Positions 1-9,587 of a stretch of DNA of 64,000 nucleotides are shown here, one piece after another. This stretch comes from an uncultured Beijerinckiaceae bacterium. GTDB taxonomy: Bacteria > Pseudomonadota > Alphaproteobacteria > Rhizobiales > Beijerinckiaceae. Made by a program: the position numbers and the translations under genes. Under the pieces are notes generated by a model, which saw only the letters and a list, made by a program, of their open reading frames with translations, made no database searches and was not told where the DNA came from. The stretch spans positions 2,605 through 66,604 of the forward strand of contig CAXSDP010000014.1 of NCBI GenBank assembly GCA_964235705.1. Reading direction: 5' to 3'. The first letter of the stretch is position 1. Each line of letters begins with the position of its first letter.

Positions 1-2
1 AC

Positions 3-836
3 CGTGACAACCTCGCGCTCATCAAGCGCACGATCGACGACCTGACACGACGAACGAACCCCGCCCCGCTGGAGATCGTCATCGTCGATAACGGGACGAC
101 GGATCCGGAGGTCCTGGACTTCTACCGGATGATCGAGGGCACCGGCGTCCGCGTCGACATCATGCCGGAGGCCTTCAACTTCGCGCGGATGTGCAATCGG
201 GGGGCGAGCCTGGCGACCGGCGACGCGATCCTGTTCTTCAACAACGATATCGAGGTCATCGAACCGGGCTGGCTCGGCGAGATGGTCGAGTGCCTGTCCT
301 TCGACGACGTGGGGATCGTCGGCGCCAAGCTCACCTACCCGGACGGCAAGGTCCAGCATAACGGTGTCATCGTCGGGCTCGGCCAGGCCGCCGGGCACTG
401 GTACGTGGACGCGGAGGGCGACGATCCCGGGCCGATGGGCCGCTTCGCCATCCGCCAAACGTTGAGCGCCGTGACAGGCGCCTGCATGCTGGTCACCAAG
501 CGGTGCTTCGAGGCCCTTGGCGGTTTCGACGAGGAGCGTTTCGCCATCGCCTACAACGACATCGACCTGTGCCTACGCGGCCGGAACGCCGGGTTCCGCA
601 CCGTTTGGACACCCTTCGCCCACCTCGTCCACCACGAGTCCGCGACGCGTGGCAGCGACGAGGTCGGTCCGCAGAACGCGCGTTTCCGCGCGGAGTTCGG
701 CCGGCTCCAGGAGCGACACGGCACGGCGGATTTCATCGACGACGCCTACAGTCCCTTCTACGATCGTCGCAATTCCAGTCCCTTCATCGTCATTCCCGAA
801 ACCCTGCCCGCCTTGCGGCCGAACCGTTTCGGCTGA
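3..836 (+). CDS. Glycosyltransferase family 2 (5'-truncated by window edge)
   Basis: Frame open from nt 3 (RDNLALIKRT...EIVIVDNG); FNFARMCNRGA, FFNND, VTGACMLV, YNDIDLCLR and HHESATRG are typical GT2 motifs. Confidence 0.9.
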   Translation, partial: RDNLALIKRTIDDLTRRTNPAPLEIVIVDNGTTDPEVLDFYRMIEGTGVRVDIMPEAFNFARMCNRGASLATGDAILFFNNDIEVIEPGWLGEMVECLSFDDVGIVGAKLTYPDGKVQHNGVIVGLGQAAGHWYVDAEGDDPGPMGRFAIRQTLSAVTGACMLVTKRCFEALGGFDEERFAIAYNDIDLCLRGRNAGFRTVWTPFAHLVHHESATRGSDEVGPQNARFRAEFGRLQERHGTADFIDDAYSPFYDRRNSSPFIVIPETLPALRPNRFG

Positions 837-1101
837 GGGATGCGATCATCGGCGGCGTATGAGCTCGACCGATCCACTGGCACCCCTGGCCTTTGGTCCT
901 CGCTGGCGGAATGATGCTGGCCGCTGATGAAGACGCAGGGCCGTCGATCCTCTAGAAGGATGGCTTCGCGGCCGCCCCGGCGGGTCGTGGGACACCAGCG
1001 GCGCCGAGGAATGGGCTTCGCGAGGAAGGCAGGCCGACCTGGCCGGCGTTGGAACACTGTTGGCGTTCGCTCGCTTTCCTTTGACGTACCGGTGAGAAGG
1101 A

Positions 1102-3669
1102 ATGGGCGTGCCAAAGGTGTCTTCAGCAACGGTCGACGTATCGGACTGCGAGCGCGAGCCGGTCCACATCCCCGGGGCGATCCAACCTTTCGGCTTCCTC
1201 ATCGCCTTCGCCTTGCCGACGTGGCGCATCGCGCACGTGTCCGCCAACGCCGCCGCCGTTTTCTCGGTCGAGGCCCCGACGCTCATGATCGAGGCGGCCA
1301 TGGAAACGGTCCTGCCGCCCAAGATCATCCACGACCTCCGCAACGTCTTCCAAGCCGCCATGATCTCGGGCTTGGCCGAACGCTTGAGCAACGTGCCGGT
1401 GGGAACGCGGCAGGAAGCGTACGACATCATGATCCACGCGTCCGGTCAGCTGGCGATCGCCGAGTTCATCCCGTGCGCGGGCGCCGATACGACGCTGGGG
1501 GACGCGACCGCGCTCGTGAAGACGGTGATCGACCGGCTGCGCCGCACCACCAGCTTCAAGACGTTCCTGATCTCGGCCGCCCGCCAGATCCGCGCCGTCA
1601 CCGGCTACGATCGCGTGATGCTCTACAAGTTCCTCGAGGACGACACCGGCGTCGTCGTCGCCGAAGCGTTGCGCGCCGGCATGCCGCCGTTCCTGAACCT
1701 CCACTACCCCGCGAGCGACATCCCGGCGCAATCTCGCGCGCTCTTCCGACGCCAATGGCTGCGCTTCATCGCGACCGTCGATTACACGCCCGTGCCGATC
1801 GTACCCGCGTTGACCGAGAAGGGCGCGCCGGTCGACCTCACCTTGTCGACGCTGCGGAGCGCCTCGCCCATCCACCTCCAATACCTACGCAACATGGGCA
1901 GTGCGGCGACCCTGACCGTCTCCATCATGCAGGGCGACCGATTGTGGGGGCTGATCGCCTGCCATCACGACACGCCGCGCCGGATTTCGGCGACGACCAG
2001 CGCCGCGATGGAGCTGCTGGCGCAGGTGCTGTCCACGCAGATCGAGGCCAAGCAGCAGCACGACGCGTTGGCCGAGATCGCCAAAGGTCGTGAGATCCAC
2101 GACCGCTTGATCGCCAGCATGGAACCCGAGGAGACGATCTTCGACAACCTGCGGCGGTTCAACACCCTGATCCAGGACATGATCCCCTGCGATGGAATCG
2201 GCATCTGGGCCAACGATCGCTTCGAGGCGGAAGGCGCCGCGCCGCCCCATGACGCGATCCCCGACCTGATCCGCTTCCTCAACGGCAAGCACGCGAACCA
2301 GGTGTTCTCGACCGACAGGCTCTCCGGGCACCTGCCGGACGCGACGCGCTACGCCCCCACCGTGAGCGGCTTGCTCGCCATTCCCTTCACGCGCGCCCCG
2401 CAGGATTTCCTGCTGCTGTTTCGTCGGGAGGTGATCCAGACCGTGAACTGGGGCGGCAACCCCAACAAGGCGGTCGAGATCAACGGCACCATCGAGATCG
2501 AGGGCGTGGGCCACCGGCTCAGCCCCCGGACCAGCTTCGCCGCGTGGAAGGAAACCGTGCGCGACCGATCCCTACCGTGGCGCGGCAGCGACTTGATCAT
2601 CGCCGAGACGTTGCGCGTTTCGCTGCTCGACGTGATCCTTCGACGCGCCAACATCATCGATCGGGAACGACGGGCCGCGCAGGAGGGGCAACTCCTCCTC
2701 GTCGCCGAGCTCAACCACCGGGTCAAGAACGTCTTGAGCGTCATTAGATCGCTCGTGCGGCAGAGCCAGCAGGGCGCGACGTCGCTGGAAGCCTTCACCA
2801 ACGACCTGCAGAATCGTATCCACGCGTTGTCCGTGGCGCACGACCAGCTGACCCAGGGGCATTGGAAAGCCGCGCCGCTGCTGACCTTGATCGAGGCGGA
2901 GGCGCAAGCTTGGACCCATGTCGAGGACGCCCGCCTGGCGCTATCCGGCCCGCCCGTCATGATCGAGGCCCGCGCCTATCAGACGCTCGCCCTCGTGCTT
3001 CACGAGATGATGACGAACGCCGCTAAATACGGCGCCTTGAGCGTGGAGGAGGGATGCCTCGCCATCACCTGGTCCCTTGAGAAAGCCGGCGACCTCGTCC
3101 TCGTCTGGGAGGAGCGCGGCGGACCACCCGTGACGCCGCCGAAACGGCGAGGATTCGGGACGATCGTCATCGAGCAGTCCATCCCCTTCGAGCTTCGGGG
3201 CGAAACGTCGGTCGAGCGTCGTCCGGAGGGTATCCGCGCCCGTTTCGTGATCCCTTACGACTTCGTGCAGAAGGGTGGCGAGGAGGTGGTGTCACGTCGA
3301 TCGCCGGTGATCGCGCCGCAGGCCGACCTGAAGGGCAAGAACCTGCTGCTGGTGGAGGACAGCATGATGATCGCCCTCGACGCGCAGACGATGCTTCAGA
3401 ACTGCGGCGCCGAGGTTGAGATCGCGGCGACGACGAGCGATGCCCGCCGCGCGCTCAAGCTGAACGTTTTCGACGCGGCGATCCTGGACGTGAACCTTTA
3501 CATCGAGACGAGCTTCGCCATCGCCGAGGACCTGCAGGACCGTGCCATCCCCTTCGTCTTCGCCACCGGTTACGGCGAAACGATCAGCCTCCCCGAGCGC
3601 TTCAAGGACGTCCACGTCATATCGAAGCCCTACGCCGAGGACACGCTCCGCGCCGCCTTGGCCGCCTGA
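1102..3669 (+). CDS. bphP: Bacteriophytochrome: PAS-GAF-PHY + HWE histidine kinase + receiver domain
   Basis: N-terminal chromophore Cys (DCEREPVHIPGAIQP), PASDIP, PIHLQYLRNMG, PRxSF (PRTSF), ELNHRVKN H-box, C-terminal REC (LLVED...LDVNL...KP). Confidence 0.93.
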   Translation: MGVPKVSSATVDVSDCEREPVHIPGAIQPFGFLIAFALPTWRIAHVSANAAAVFSVEAPTLMIEAAMETVLPPKIIHDLRNVFQAAMISGLAERLSNVPVGTRQEAYDIMIHASGQLAIAEFIPCAGADTTLGDATALVKTVIDRLRRTTSFKTFLISAARQIRAVTGYDRVMLYKFLEDDTGVVVAEALRAGMPPFLNLHYPASDIPAQSRALFRRQWLRFIATVDYTPVPIVPALTEKGAPVDLTLSTLRSASPIHLQYLRNMGSAATLTVSIMQGDRLWGLIACHHDTPRRISATTSAAMELLAQVLSTQIEAKQQHDALAEIAKGREIHDRLIASMEPEETIFDNLRRFNTLIQDMIPCDGIGIWANDRFEAEGAAPPHDAIPDLIRFLNGKHANQVFSTDRLSGHLPDATRYAPTVSGLLAIPFTRAPQDFLLLFRREVIQTVNWGGNPNKAVEINGTIEIEGVGHRLSPRTSFAAWKETVRDRSLPWRGSDLIIAETLRVSLLDVILRRANIIDRERRAAQEGQLLLVAELNHRVKNVLSVIRSLVRQSQQGATSLEAFTNDLQNRIHALSVAHDQLTQGHWKAAPLLTLIEAEAQAWTHVEDARLALSGPPVMIEARAYQTLALVLHEMMTNAAKYGALSVEEGCLAITWSLEKAGDLVLVWEERGGPPVTPPKRRGFGTIVIEQSIPFELRGETSVERRPEGIRARFVIPYDFVQKGGEEVVSRRSPVIAPQADLKGKNLLLVEDSMMIALDAQTMLQNCGAEVEIAATTSDARRALKLNVFDAAILDVNLYIETSFAIAEDLQDRAIPFVFATGYGETISLPERFKDVHVISKPYAEDTLRAALAA

Positions 3670-3780
3670 AGGATCCTTCGGCGGCTTGAGGGCCCTTGGT
3701 CCGGCTACGCCGCCGCGGATACGTCGTGGCGTCCATGGCGCGCGACATGCTAATGGCGTGACGGCGCGGGGGCGGTGGGA

Positions 3781-4107
3781 ATGGTCAAGAAGGAGTCGAA
3801 GAAGGCGGCGGCTCCGCTCAAGAAAGCGGTCGTGACCCTGACGACCACCGACATCGGCGACCATCTGGCCGCCACCTTCGAGATCCCGAAGTCCCACGCG
3901 AAGATCTATCTGAGCGAAGCCGTGGCGCTGATCGGCAAGCACTTGAAGAAGGGCAACAAGGTTCGCATCAGCGGTTTAGGCGTGTTCCAAGTCAAGAAGC
4001 GCGCCGCCCGCAAGGGAAGCAATCCGAACACGGGTGAACCGATGAAGATCAAGGCCGGCAAGCGGCTCGGCTTCACCGCGGCGCGGGACCTGAAGGCGAA
4101 ACTCTGA
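3781..4107 (+). CDS. hup: HU/IHF family DNA-binding protein
   Basis: KVRISGLGVFQVKKRAARKGSNPNTGEPMKIKA signature. Confidence 0.92.
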   Translation: MVKKESKKAAAPLKKAVVTLTTTDIGDHLAATFEIPKSHAKIYLSEAVALIGKHLKKGNKVRISGLGVFQVKKRAARKGSNPNTGEPMKIKAGKRLGFTAARDLKAKL

Positions 4108-4125
4108 GGCAAGGCGTCCGCCGGT

Positions 4126-5451
4126 TCAGCGGACGGGTGGGCTCGGTGCGCGGGTCAGCCGTTCCGACAACTCGACCTCGCGCGGGCCCGGGCTGACCGC
4201 CAACGCGACGAGGCTGACGAGCGCGGTGCCGGCGAGGTAGATCCCCACCGGGCCGAGTCCACCCCGTTCCGCGAGCGCCTGCGCCAGCAACGGCGCGAGG
4301 CCACCGCCGATGATGCCGCCGGCGCTGAAGGCCAGCGAGGCCCCGGTGTAGCGGACCCTGGCTGGGAACAGCGTCGGGAGCCAAGCGCCGAGCGGCCCGT
4401 AAACGAGACCCATCGCGAAGAGCGCGATCGATAGGAAAAGGAACACGGTGAACAGCGAGCCGCTGCCGAGCATCGGCGGGAGCAGGAAGCCGGTGACGAC
4501 GGTGGCGAGGCAACCGACCATGAGCACGCGACGCGGGTTCGTCCGATCCGACCAGACCGCCGCCACCACCGTGCCCAACGCCATGAAGATGATCGCGGCG
4601 AGCAGGATGCCGAGGAAAACGCGGCGATCATAGTGCAAGGTCGCGGTGCCGTAGCCGAGCGCGAAGGCGGTCGCGGTGTAGAACAATGCGAAACAGGCGA
4701 CCACCGCCACCGTGCCGGCCAAGGTTTCGCGCGCGTGGTCGCGCATGACGTCGGCGATGGGCACGGCCGCCGGGGGCGCCTCCGCCATCGCTGCCGAGAA
4801 CGCGGAGGTTTCGCTCAGGCGCAGCCGTACCCAGAGGCCGACGCCGACCAGCAACGAGCTCGCGAGGAACGGCAGGCGCCAGCCCCAGTCCTCGAATTGG
4901 GCGGGCGTCAGCGCGAGACTGAGCAGGATGAAGAGGCCGTTGGCGGCGATGAAGCCGACGGGGGCGCCGAGTTGCGGGAACATGCCATAGCGCGCCTCCC
5001 AGCCCGGCGGCGCGTTCTCGACCGCGAGCAGCGCCGCGCCGCCCCATTCCCCACCGAGGCCCAGACCCTGACCGAACCGGAGGACGCACAGCAGCAGCGG
5101 CGCGCACCAGCCGATGGACCGATAGGTCGGTAGCAACCCGATCAGCAGGGTGGACGCCCCCATCAGGAGCAGCGAGGCGACGAGCGTCGACTTGCGACCG
5201 ACGCGATCGCCGAAGTGGCCGAACGCCACCGATCCCAGTGGCCGCGCGAGGAAGGCGAGGCCGAAGATGCCGTATGACGCGAGCAACTGGGCCGACGGTG
5301 AGGATCGGGGGAAGAACAAGGGTCCGAAGACGAGCGAGGCCGCCGTCGCGTAGACATAGAAGTCATAGAACTCGATGGTGGTCCCGACGAGGCTCGCGGC
5401 GAGGACGCGCGCGACGGGCGTACGACCCGCGTTGGAAGGCTGCGTGTTCAT
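4126..5451 (-). CDS. MFS transporter, metabolite:H+ symporter (MHS) family
   Basis: GTTIEFYDFYVY, GDRVGRK, QGLGLGGEWGGA motifs; about 12 hydrophobic segments; start moved to MNTQP at 5451. Confidence 0.92.
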   Translation of the reverse strand: MNTQPSNAGRTPVARVLAASLVGTTIEFYDFYVYATAASLVFGPLFFPRSSPSAQLLASYGIFGLAFLARPLGSVAFGHFGDRVGRKSTLVASLLLMGASTLLIGLLPTYRSIGWCAPLLLCVLRFGQGLGLGGEWGGAALLAVENAPPGWEARYGMFPQLGAPVGFIAANGLFILLSLALTPAQFEDWGWRLPFLASSLLVGVGLWVRLRLSETSAFSAAMAEAPPAAVPIADVMRDHARETLAGTVAVVACFALFYTATAFALGYGTATLHYDRRVFLGILLAAIIFMALGTVVAAVWSDRTNPRRVLMVGCLATVVTGFLLPPMLGSGSLFTVFLFLSIALFAMGLVYGPLGAWLPTLFPARVRYTGASLAFSAGGIIGGGLAPLLAQALAERGGLGPVGIYLAGTALVSLVALAVSPGPREVELSERLTRAPSPPVR

Positions 5452-5874
5452 GGTCAGCGGGTCGATCCACGTGGTGTTCGCGACATGGCAAGGCGCGCGG
5501 ACGAGCGTGTCGGGCGCTCGAACGCGATCGGGGCAAGGCGTACGCGACGCCGGGGCATGCGGACCGGGCGCCGCGCAAGTTTGGCTTGCACGCGGGAACA
5601 ACACGCCCTAAACGTTTGATGACAAACCAAACCCTTGATCACGGGGTGTTTGTTTCAGTGCGAAGCATAGGCCCGACGCGCGACAGGTCAAGCTGGTCAC
5701 AGGAGTGGGGTCGTCAGCATGGTGGAACAGGCCCGCGAGGCATCGGTGAAGGCATCCAAGACCAGCGCGCTGACGAAGGTCGGAACGACTTGGAACGCTT
5801 CCGACAAGGCCGCGCACGTTCGCGAATCCGAGCCCTCGCCGGACGCATCGAAGGGGCCGTGCGACGAGGAAGCC

Positions 5875-6378
5875 ATGGTGGCGAAGCGGACCGCCCTGGG
5901 AACGCGCAGGAGGGACGCCGTCGCGCCGAAACCGGAGGGCAACGGTGACGTACAGTTAGGCTTCCTGTCCGATTGCGTCGGGTTCCACCTTCGCCTGGCG
6001 CAGGACGCCTCCTATCGTACGTTCGCCAAGCACCACGACAAGGATCTCATCAAACCCGGCCGCTACCCGGCGCTAGCGATCATCCACCTCAACCCGGGGA
6101 TCTCGCAAAGCGCGCTCGGCCGTGCCATCGCCCGCGACAAGTCAACCGTCAGCCCGCTCATCAAGGACCTTCAAAAGAACGGCTTCATCAACCGCAAGGC
6201 CTCGACGCAAGATCGGCGCAGCGTGACCCTCGTCCTCACCAAGAAGGGCGAACGGACGCTCGACGAGTTGCGCGTACGCGCGACGGAGCACGAGGGGGAA
6301 CTCGATCGGCTGGTCGGCCCATCCAAGGCCCGGTTGATGTCCCTCCTCGGCAAGATCATCGCCAGCATGTCGCCTTGA
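5875..6378 (+). CDS. MarR family transcriptional regulator
   Basis: PGISQSALGRAIARDKSTVS...DRRSVTLVLTKKG winged helix; GAGGA RBS before ATG 5875. Confidence 0.9.
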   Translation: MVAKRTALGTRRRDAVAPKPEGNGDVQLGFLSDCVGFHLRLAQDASYRTFAKHHDKDLIKPGRYPALAIIHLNPGISQSALGRAIARDKSTVSPLIKDLQKNGFINRKASTQDRRSVTLVLTKKGERTLDELRVRATEHEGELDRLVGPSKARLMSLLGKIIASMSP

Positions 6379-6429
6379 ACCGACCGTGCGATTGCCAATG
6401 CCGCCCCGCACGGATTAAACGCCCAATGC

Positions 6430-6515
6430 GACCCCTTGGCGGAATCGGTAGACGCACAGCACTTAAAATGCTGAGCCCGCAAGGCGTCCGGGTTCGAGTC
6501 CCGGAGGGGTCACCA
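6430..6515 (+). tRNA. tRNA-Leu: tRNA-Leu (anticodon TAA)
   Basis: Acceptor GACCCCT/AGGGGTC + ACCA; D arm GCG...CGC; anticodon stem CAGCA-CTTAAAA-TGCTG; long variable arm; T arm CCGGG-TTCGAGT-CCCGG. Confidence 0.97.
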
Positions 6516-6529
6516 ACTTACCTGTAAAA

Positions 6530-6598
6530 TGTCCCACCTTTAGAGTGCGGAAAGCGGACCGGAAACACGGCGGTTTTAGCCACGAGTGTCCCACCTTT
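6530..6598 (+). repeat. 12-bp direct repeat TGTCCCACCTTT (6530-6541, 6587-6598), probable integrase arm-type sites
   Basis: Exact repeat 15-83 nt after the tRNA CCA; function inferred. Confidence 0.6.
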
Positions 6599-6614
6599 TC
6601 GAGGGGTGGCCGAC

Positions 6615-7718
6615 ATGGCTGAGACCTCCTCCATCGAATGGACGGACTCTACCTGGCAGCCGATCACCGGCTGCTCCGTCGTCTCGCCGGGTTGCACCAA
6701 CTGCTACGCGATGGGGCTCGCCGGCACGCGTCTGCGCAACCATCCCTCCCGCGTCGGGCTCACGCGGCCGAGCAAGGCCGGCCCGGTCTGGACCGGCGAG
6801 GTCCGCCTTAACGAAGGATGGCTAACGGAGCCGCTGCGCTGGCGCCGGCCACGCAAGATCTTCGTCTGCGCGCACGGCGACCTCTTCCACGCGGCGGTGC
6901 CGGACGAGTGGATCGACCGCGTGTTCGCCGTCATGGCGCTCTGCCCACAGCATACCTTCCAGGTGCTCACGAAGCGGTCGGCGCGAATGCGGGCGTACAT
7001 GAACGAAGGCACCGTGCGTGATCGCGTGCAAACGCAATGTCACCTAAGCGGGGTCGAGATTACCGGTCGACGGATGTCGGAAGCGAACGCTGAAGAAGCG
7101 GAAGAATTCGTTGCGCTCTCTACGACTGAATGGCCGCTCGCCAATGTTTGGCTCGGCGTCTCCGCCGAAGACCAGCGCCGGGCCGACGAGCGCATCCCCG
7201 ACCTCCTCGCGACGCCGGCGGCGGTCCGGTTCGTGTCGGCGGAACCGTTACTGGGACCGATCGACTTCACGCGGATCGCTTGTCCGAACGGCTGCCGGCC
7301 GCCCGACTACTGCAACCGGTGCCATCCCGACGGTGGAACGCCGACCGGCACGTTTGACTCTCTTGCTGGCGGAGATCTCGACTGGATCATCGTCGGCGGC
7401 GAGAGCGGCCCCAACGCCCGCCCTATGCACCCGCGCTGGCCGCGCGCGATCCGTGACCAGTGCGAGGCCGCCGGTATCGCCTTCCACTTCAAGCAGTGGG
7501 GTGCCTGGAGCTTCGATCCGAAGCAGCGGCTCGACAGCCCAGGCGAACTGGTCTGGTCGGACGGCTGCATCGCTTCGCCTGGCGATGGCGGGGTCAACGC
7601 GCACTGCGGCGCTGCCGGCGGCGGCGGTCACAAAATGCAGCGGGTCGGCAAGAAGGCCGCCGGCCGCCTCCTTGACGGCGTCGAGCACAACGGGATGCCG
7701 GAGGCGCGGCATGGCTGA
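6615..7718 (+). CDS. Phage Gp37/Gp68 (DUF5131) family protein
   Basis: SSIEWTDSTWQPITGCSVVSPGCTNCYA; WIIVGGESGPNARPMHP; FHFKQWG. Confidence 0.92.
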   Translation: MAETSSIEWTDSTWQPITGCSVVSPGCTNCYAMGLAGTRLRNHPSRVGLTRPSKAGPVWTGEVRLNEGWLTEPLRWRRPRKIFVCAHGDLFHAAVPDEWIDRVFAVMALCPQHTFQVLTKRSARMRAYMNEGTVRDRVQTQCHLSGVEITGRRMSEANAEEAEEFVALSTTEWPLANVWLGVSAEDQRRADERIPDLLATPAAVRFVSAEPLLGPIDFTRIACPNGCRPPDYCNRCHPDGGTPTGTFDSLAGGDLDWIIVGGESGPNARPMHPRWPRAIRDQCEAAGIAFHFKQWGAWSFDPKQRLDSPGELVWSDGCIASPGDGGVNAHCGAAGGGGHKMQRVGKKAAGRLLDGVEHNGMPEARHG

Positions 7719-8121
7719 CCTCCGCCGACTCACGCTCGCCGAGGCGCAGTCCGAGCTTCGGGCCCAAGGCGTCGCGGATCGGGACGTCGCCACGATCTGC
7801 CCGGTGTGCGGGACGGTCCAGTCGATGCGCTCCCTCGTAGCGGCCGGCGCCGCGCGCGACACGGTCGATCGCTACTTCGGTTTCAGCTGCGAAGGTCGCT
7901 TCTCCGACGCCGGTCCGTGGCCATCGGAGCGCGACAAGTCCGCACGAGCCAAGAAGCGGCGAGCGCAGCGCGGCTGCGACTGGACGCTCGGGGGTCTCTT
8001 GACGATCCATCAGCTGACGATCGTCTACCCCGACGGGCAAGAGCGCCCGTCCTTCGAGATCTCCAGCCCGGAGCAGGCCCAGCAGCTCGCCGCCATGAGG
8101 AGCGAGGTCGCCGATGCCTGA
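7711..8121 (+). CDS. Cys-motif phage protein (VVA0879-like)
   Basis: ICPVCG...FSCEGRF...GCDWTLGGL; 8-nt overlap with the upstream gene. Confidence 0.7.
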   Translation: MADLRRLTLAEAQSELRAQGVADRDVATICPVCGTVQSMRSLVAAGAARDTVDRYFGFSCEGRFSDAGPWPSERDKSARAKKRRAQRGCDWTLGGLLTIHQLTIVYPDGQERPSFEISSPEQAQQLAAMRSEVADA

Positions 8122-8398
8122 CGTCACCGCCACCCACAACGCCGCCGGCCTTTTCCGCGTCTACATCAACGAGGTCCTGCACCTCGCCTTTTCCACCAAG
8201 GCGCTGGTCGGCCTGCAATCCTGGAAGATGACGACGCGCGCGCCGCCGCTGTTCGCGCTCGAGCTGACATTCGCCGGCGCTGTGGTGCTGGCCGAGTACG
8301 ACCATGAGGATGTCTGGCGAGCGGTGCTCGCCGAGATCGACGCGGCTTGCGGGCAGGTTCGCGTGCTACCGGATGGGAAGGGAGCGCGGCATGGCTGA
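8114..8398 (+). CDS. Hypothetical phage protein
   Basis: Overlaps genes on both sides; GAGG RBS. Confidence 0.7.
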   Translation: MPDVTATHNAAGLFRVYINEVLHLAFSTKALVGLQSWKMTTRAPPLFALELTFAGAVVLAEYDHEDVWRAVLAEIDAACGQVRVLPDGKGARHG

Positions 8399-9185
8399 CG
8401 CCCTACCAGCGCTGCGCCTGACCCCGCGCGAGTTTGCCGCCCTGCCCGAGTACAGCTGCTCGCTGCCGACCGGCACGACGATCGGCAAGCGGTGGAAGCG
8501 CCTCGACGGCTCGCACGATCACCGCTTCATCGCGGCCGGCGGTAAGCCGCGCTGGATGATCGGCGAGTACGTCCGCTACGTCGTGACATCGGACCGTCGT
8601 GTCGTCGGCGACCTCGGCCCCGACCGCGCTGGCCCGCTCGTCAACCTGCGCTGCCATATCAGGAACGAGGTCGAGCTTCGCTGGTATCGGCCGGTGATCG
8701 TCACGACGGCTGAGAAGGTCGTCGGCGTGCCTGGCGGCATCTACGTCGCCAGTAAGACGGCGCACGCTCGCCTGTGGCAGCACCACCGCGCGATCGGCGT
8801 GCCGATCATCTCGACCTGGATCGACGAGGCCGGCCCTGGCGAGAGCACCGACTTGGTCGACCTCTGGCGCCGGTGCATCGCCGAGGCAAGCTCGGCGGCG
8901 GCGCTGGTCCTCTACCGGCTCGGCGACGAGGTGCTGAAAGGGGCTTGGGCCGAGGTCGGCGCCGCGCTCGCCAGCGGCGTGCCGGTGTTCGCCTGCGGAA
9001 TCGACGAGTTCTCGATCCGCCACCATGCCGGACTAACACCATGCGAAACGCTCGCGGAGGCGATCGAGCTCGCTTGGCGGGTCAACGACCGCGCGCGCCG
9101 CGGACGGTCAGCCAGGTCGATGCCGGCCATACACGCCCCGCCTGGCCTTGCCTTGCTCAGCGCTTCAGGAGGAGCCCGTGCCTGA
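8391..9185 (+). CDS. Two-domain phage protein with C-terminal nucleoside 2-deoxyribosyltransferase-like domain
   Basis: N-term PEYSCSLPTGTTIGKRWKR; C-term IYVAS...TWID...LKGAWAEVGAALASGVPV (NDT-like E-x-G-x-A pattern). Confidence 0.65.
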   Translation: MADALPALRLTPREFAALPEYSCSLPTGTTIGKRWKRLDGSHDHRFIAAGGKPRWMIGEYVRYVVTSDRRVVGDLGPDRAGPLVNLRCHIRNEVELRWYRPVIVTTAEKVVGVPGGIYVASKTAHARLWQHHRAIGVPIISTWIDEAGPGESTDLVDLWRRCIAEASSAAALVLYRLGDEVLKGAWAEVGAALASGVPVFACGIDEFSIRHHAGLTPCETLAEAIELAWRVNDRARRGRSARSMPAIHAPPGLALLSASGGARA

Positions 9186-9372
9186 CATCACCATGTGCGC
9201 GACCCGCGACTGCCCGATCGCGTCGACCTGCCGGCGCAGCGCGGCCAGCGGCACGGAGCCGGCCGCGCGTCAAAGCCTCGACACCTGGCACTGGCGGCGC
9301 AGCAGCTTTTCCGATCGCGTGGAGTGCAACGGCTTCGAACCGTCAACGGCGACGAAGGAGTACAAGGAATGA
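9178..9372 (+). CDS. Small Cys-rich phage protein (DITMC...CP...CRR)
   Basis: GGAGG RBS before GTG 9178; overlaps neighbours. Confidence 0.65.
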   Translation: MPDITMCATRDCPIASTCRRSAASGTEPAARQSLDTWHWRRSSFSDRVECNGFEPSTATKEYKE

Positions 9373-9587
9373 GCGAGCGCCAGCCCATCGGCACGGCACC
9401 GAAGGACGGGACGAAGCTGCGGCTGTTCCACGAGCTGAATGCGCAGCAAAGCGAGCCATCCTCAACCACCGGTTTCTTCGACCGCGGGCGCTGGGTGATG
9501 AACCAAGGGTTCTTGATCGAGCTCGACGGTCAGTTGCGGTTCTCGACGGAGCCGACACACTGGCTACCGGAGACCGCCCATGCGTAA
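9369..9587 (+). CDS. DUF551-like small phage protein
   Basis: QPIGTAPKDGT ... PTHW motifs; ATGA overlap. Confidence 0.75.
   Translation: MSERQPIGTAPKDGTKLRLFHELNAQQSEPSSTTGFFDRGRWVMNQGFLIELDGQLRFSTEPTHWLPETAHA

Noticed and set aside
920-960. CTGATGA hammerhead core
   Set aside because: No GAAA after the putative stem II and no closing stems.
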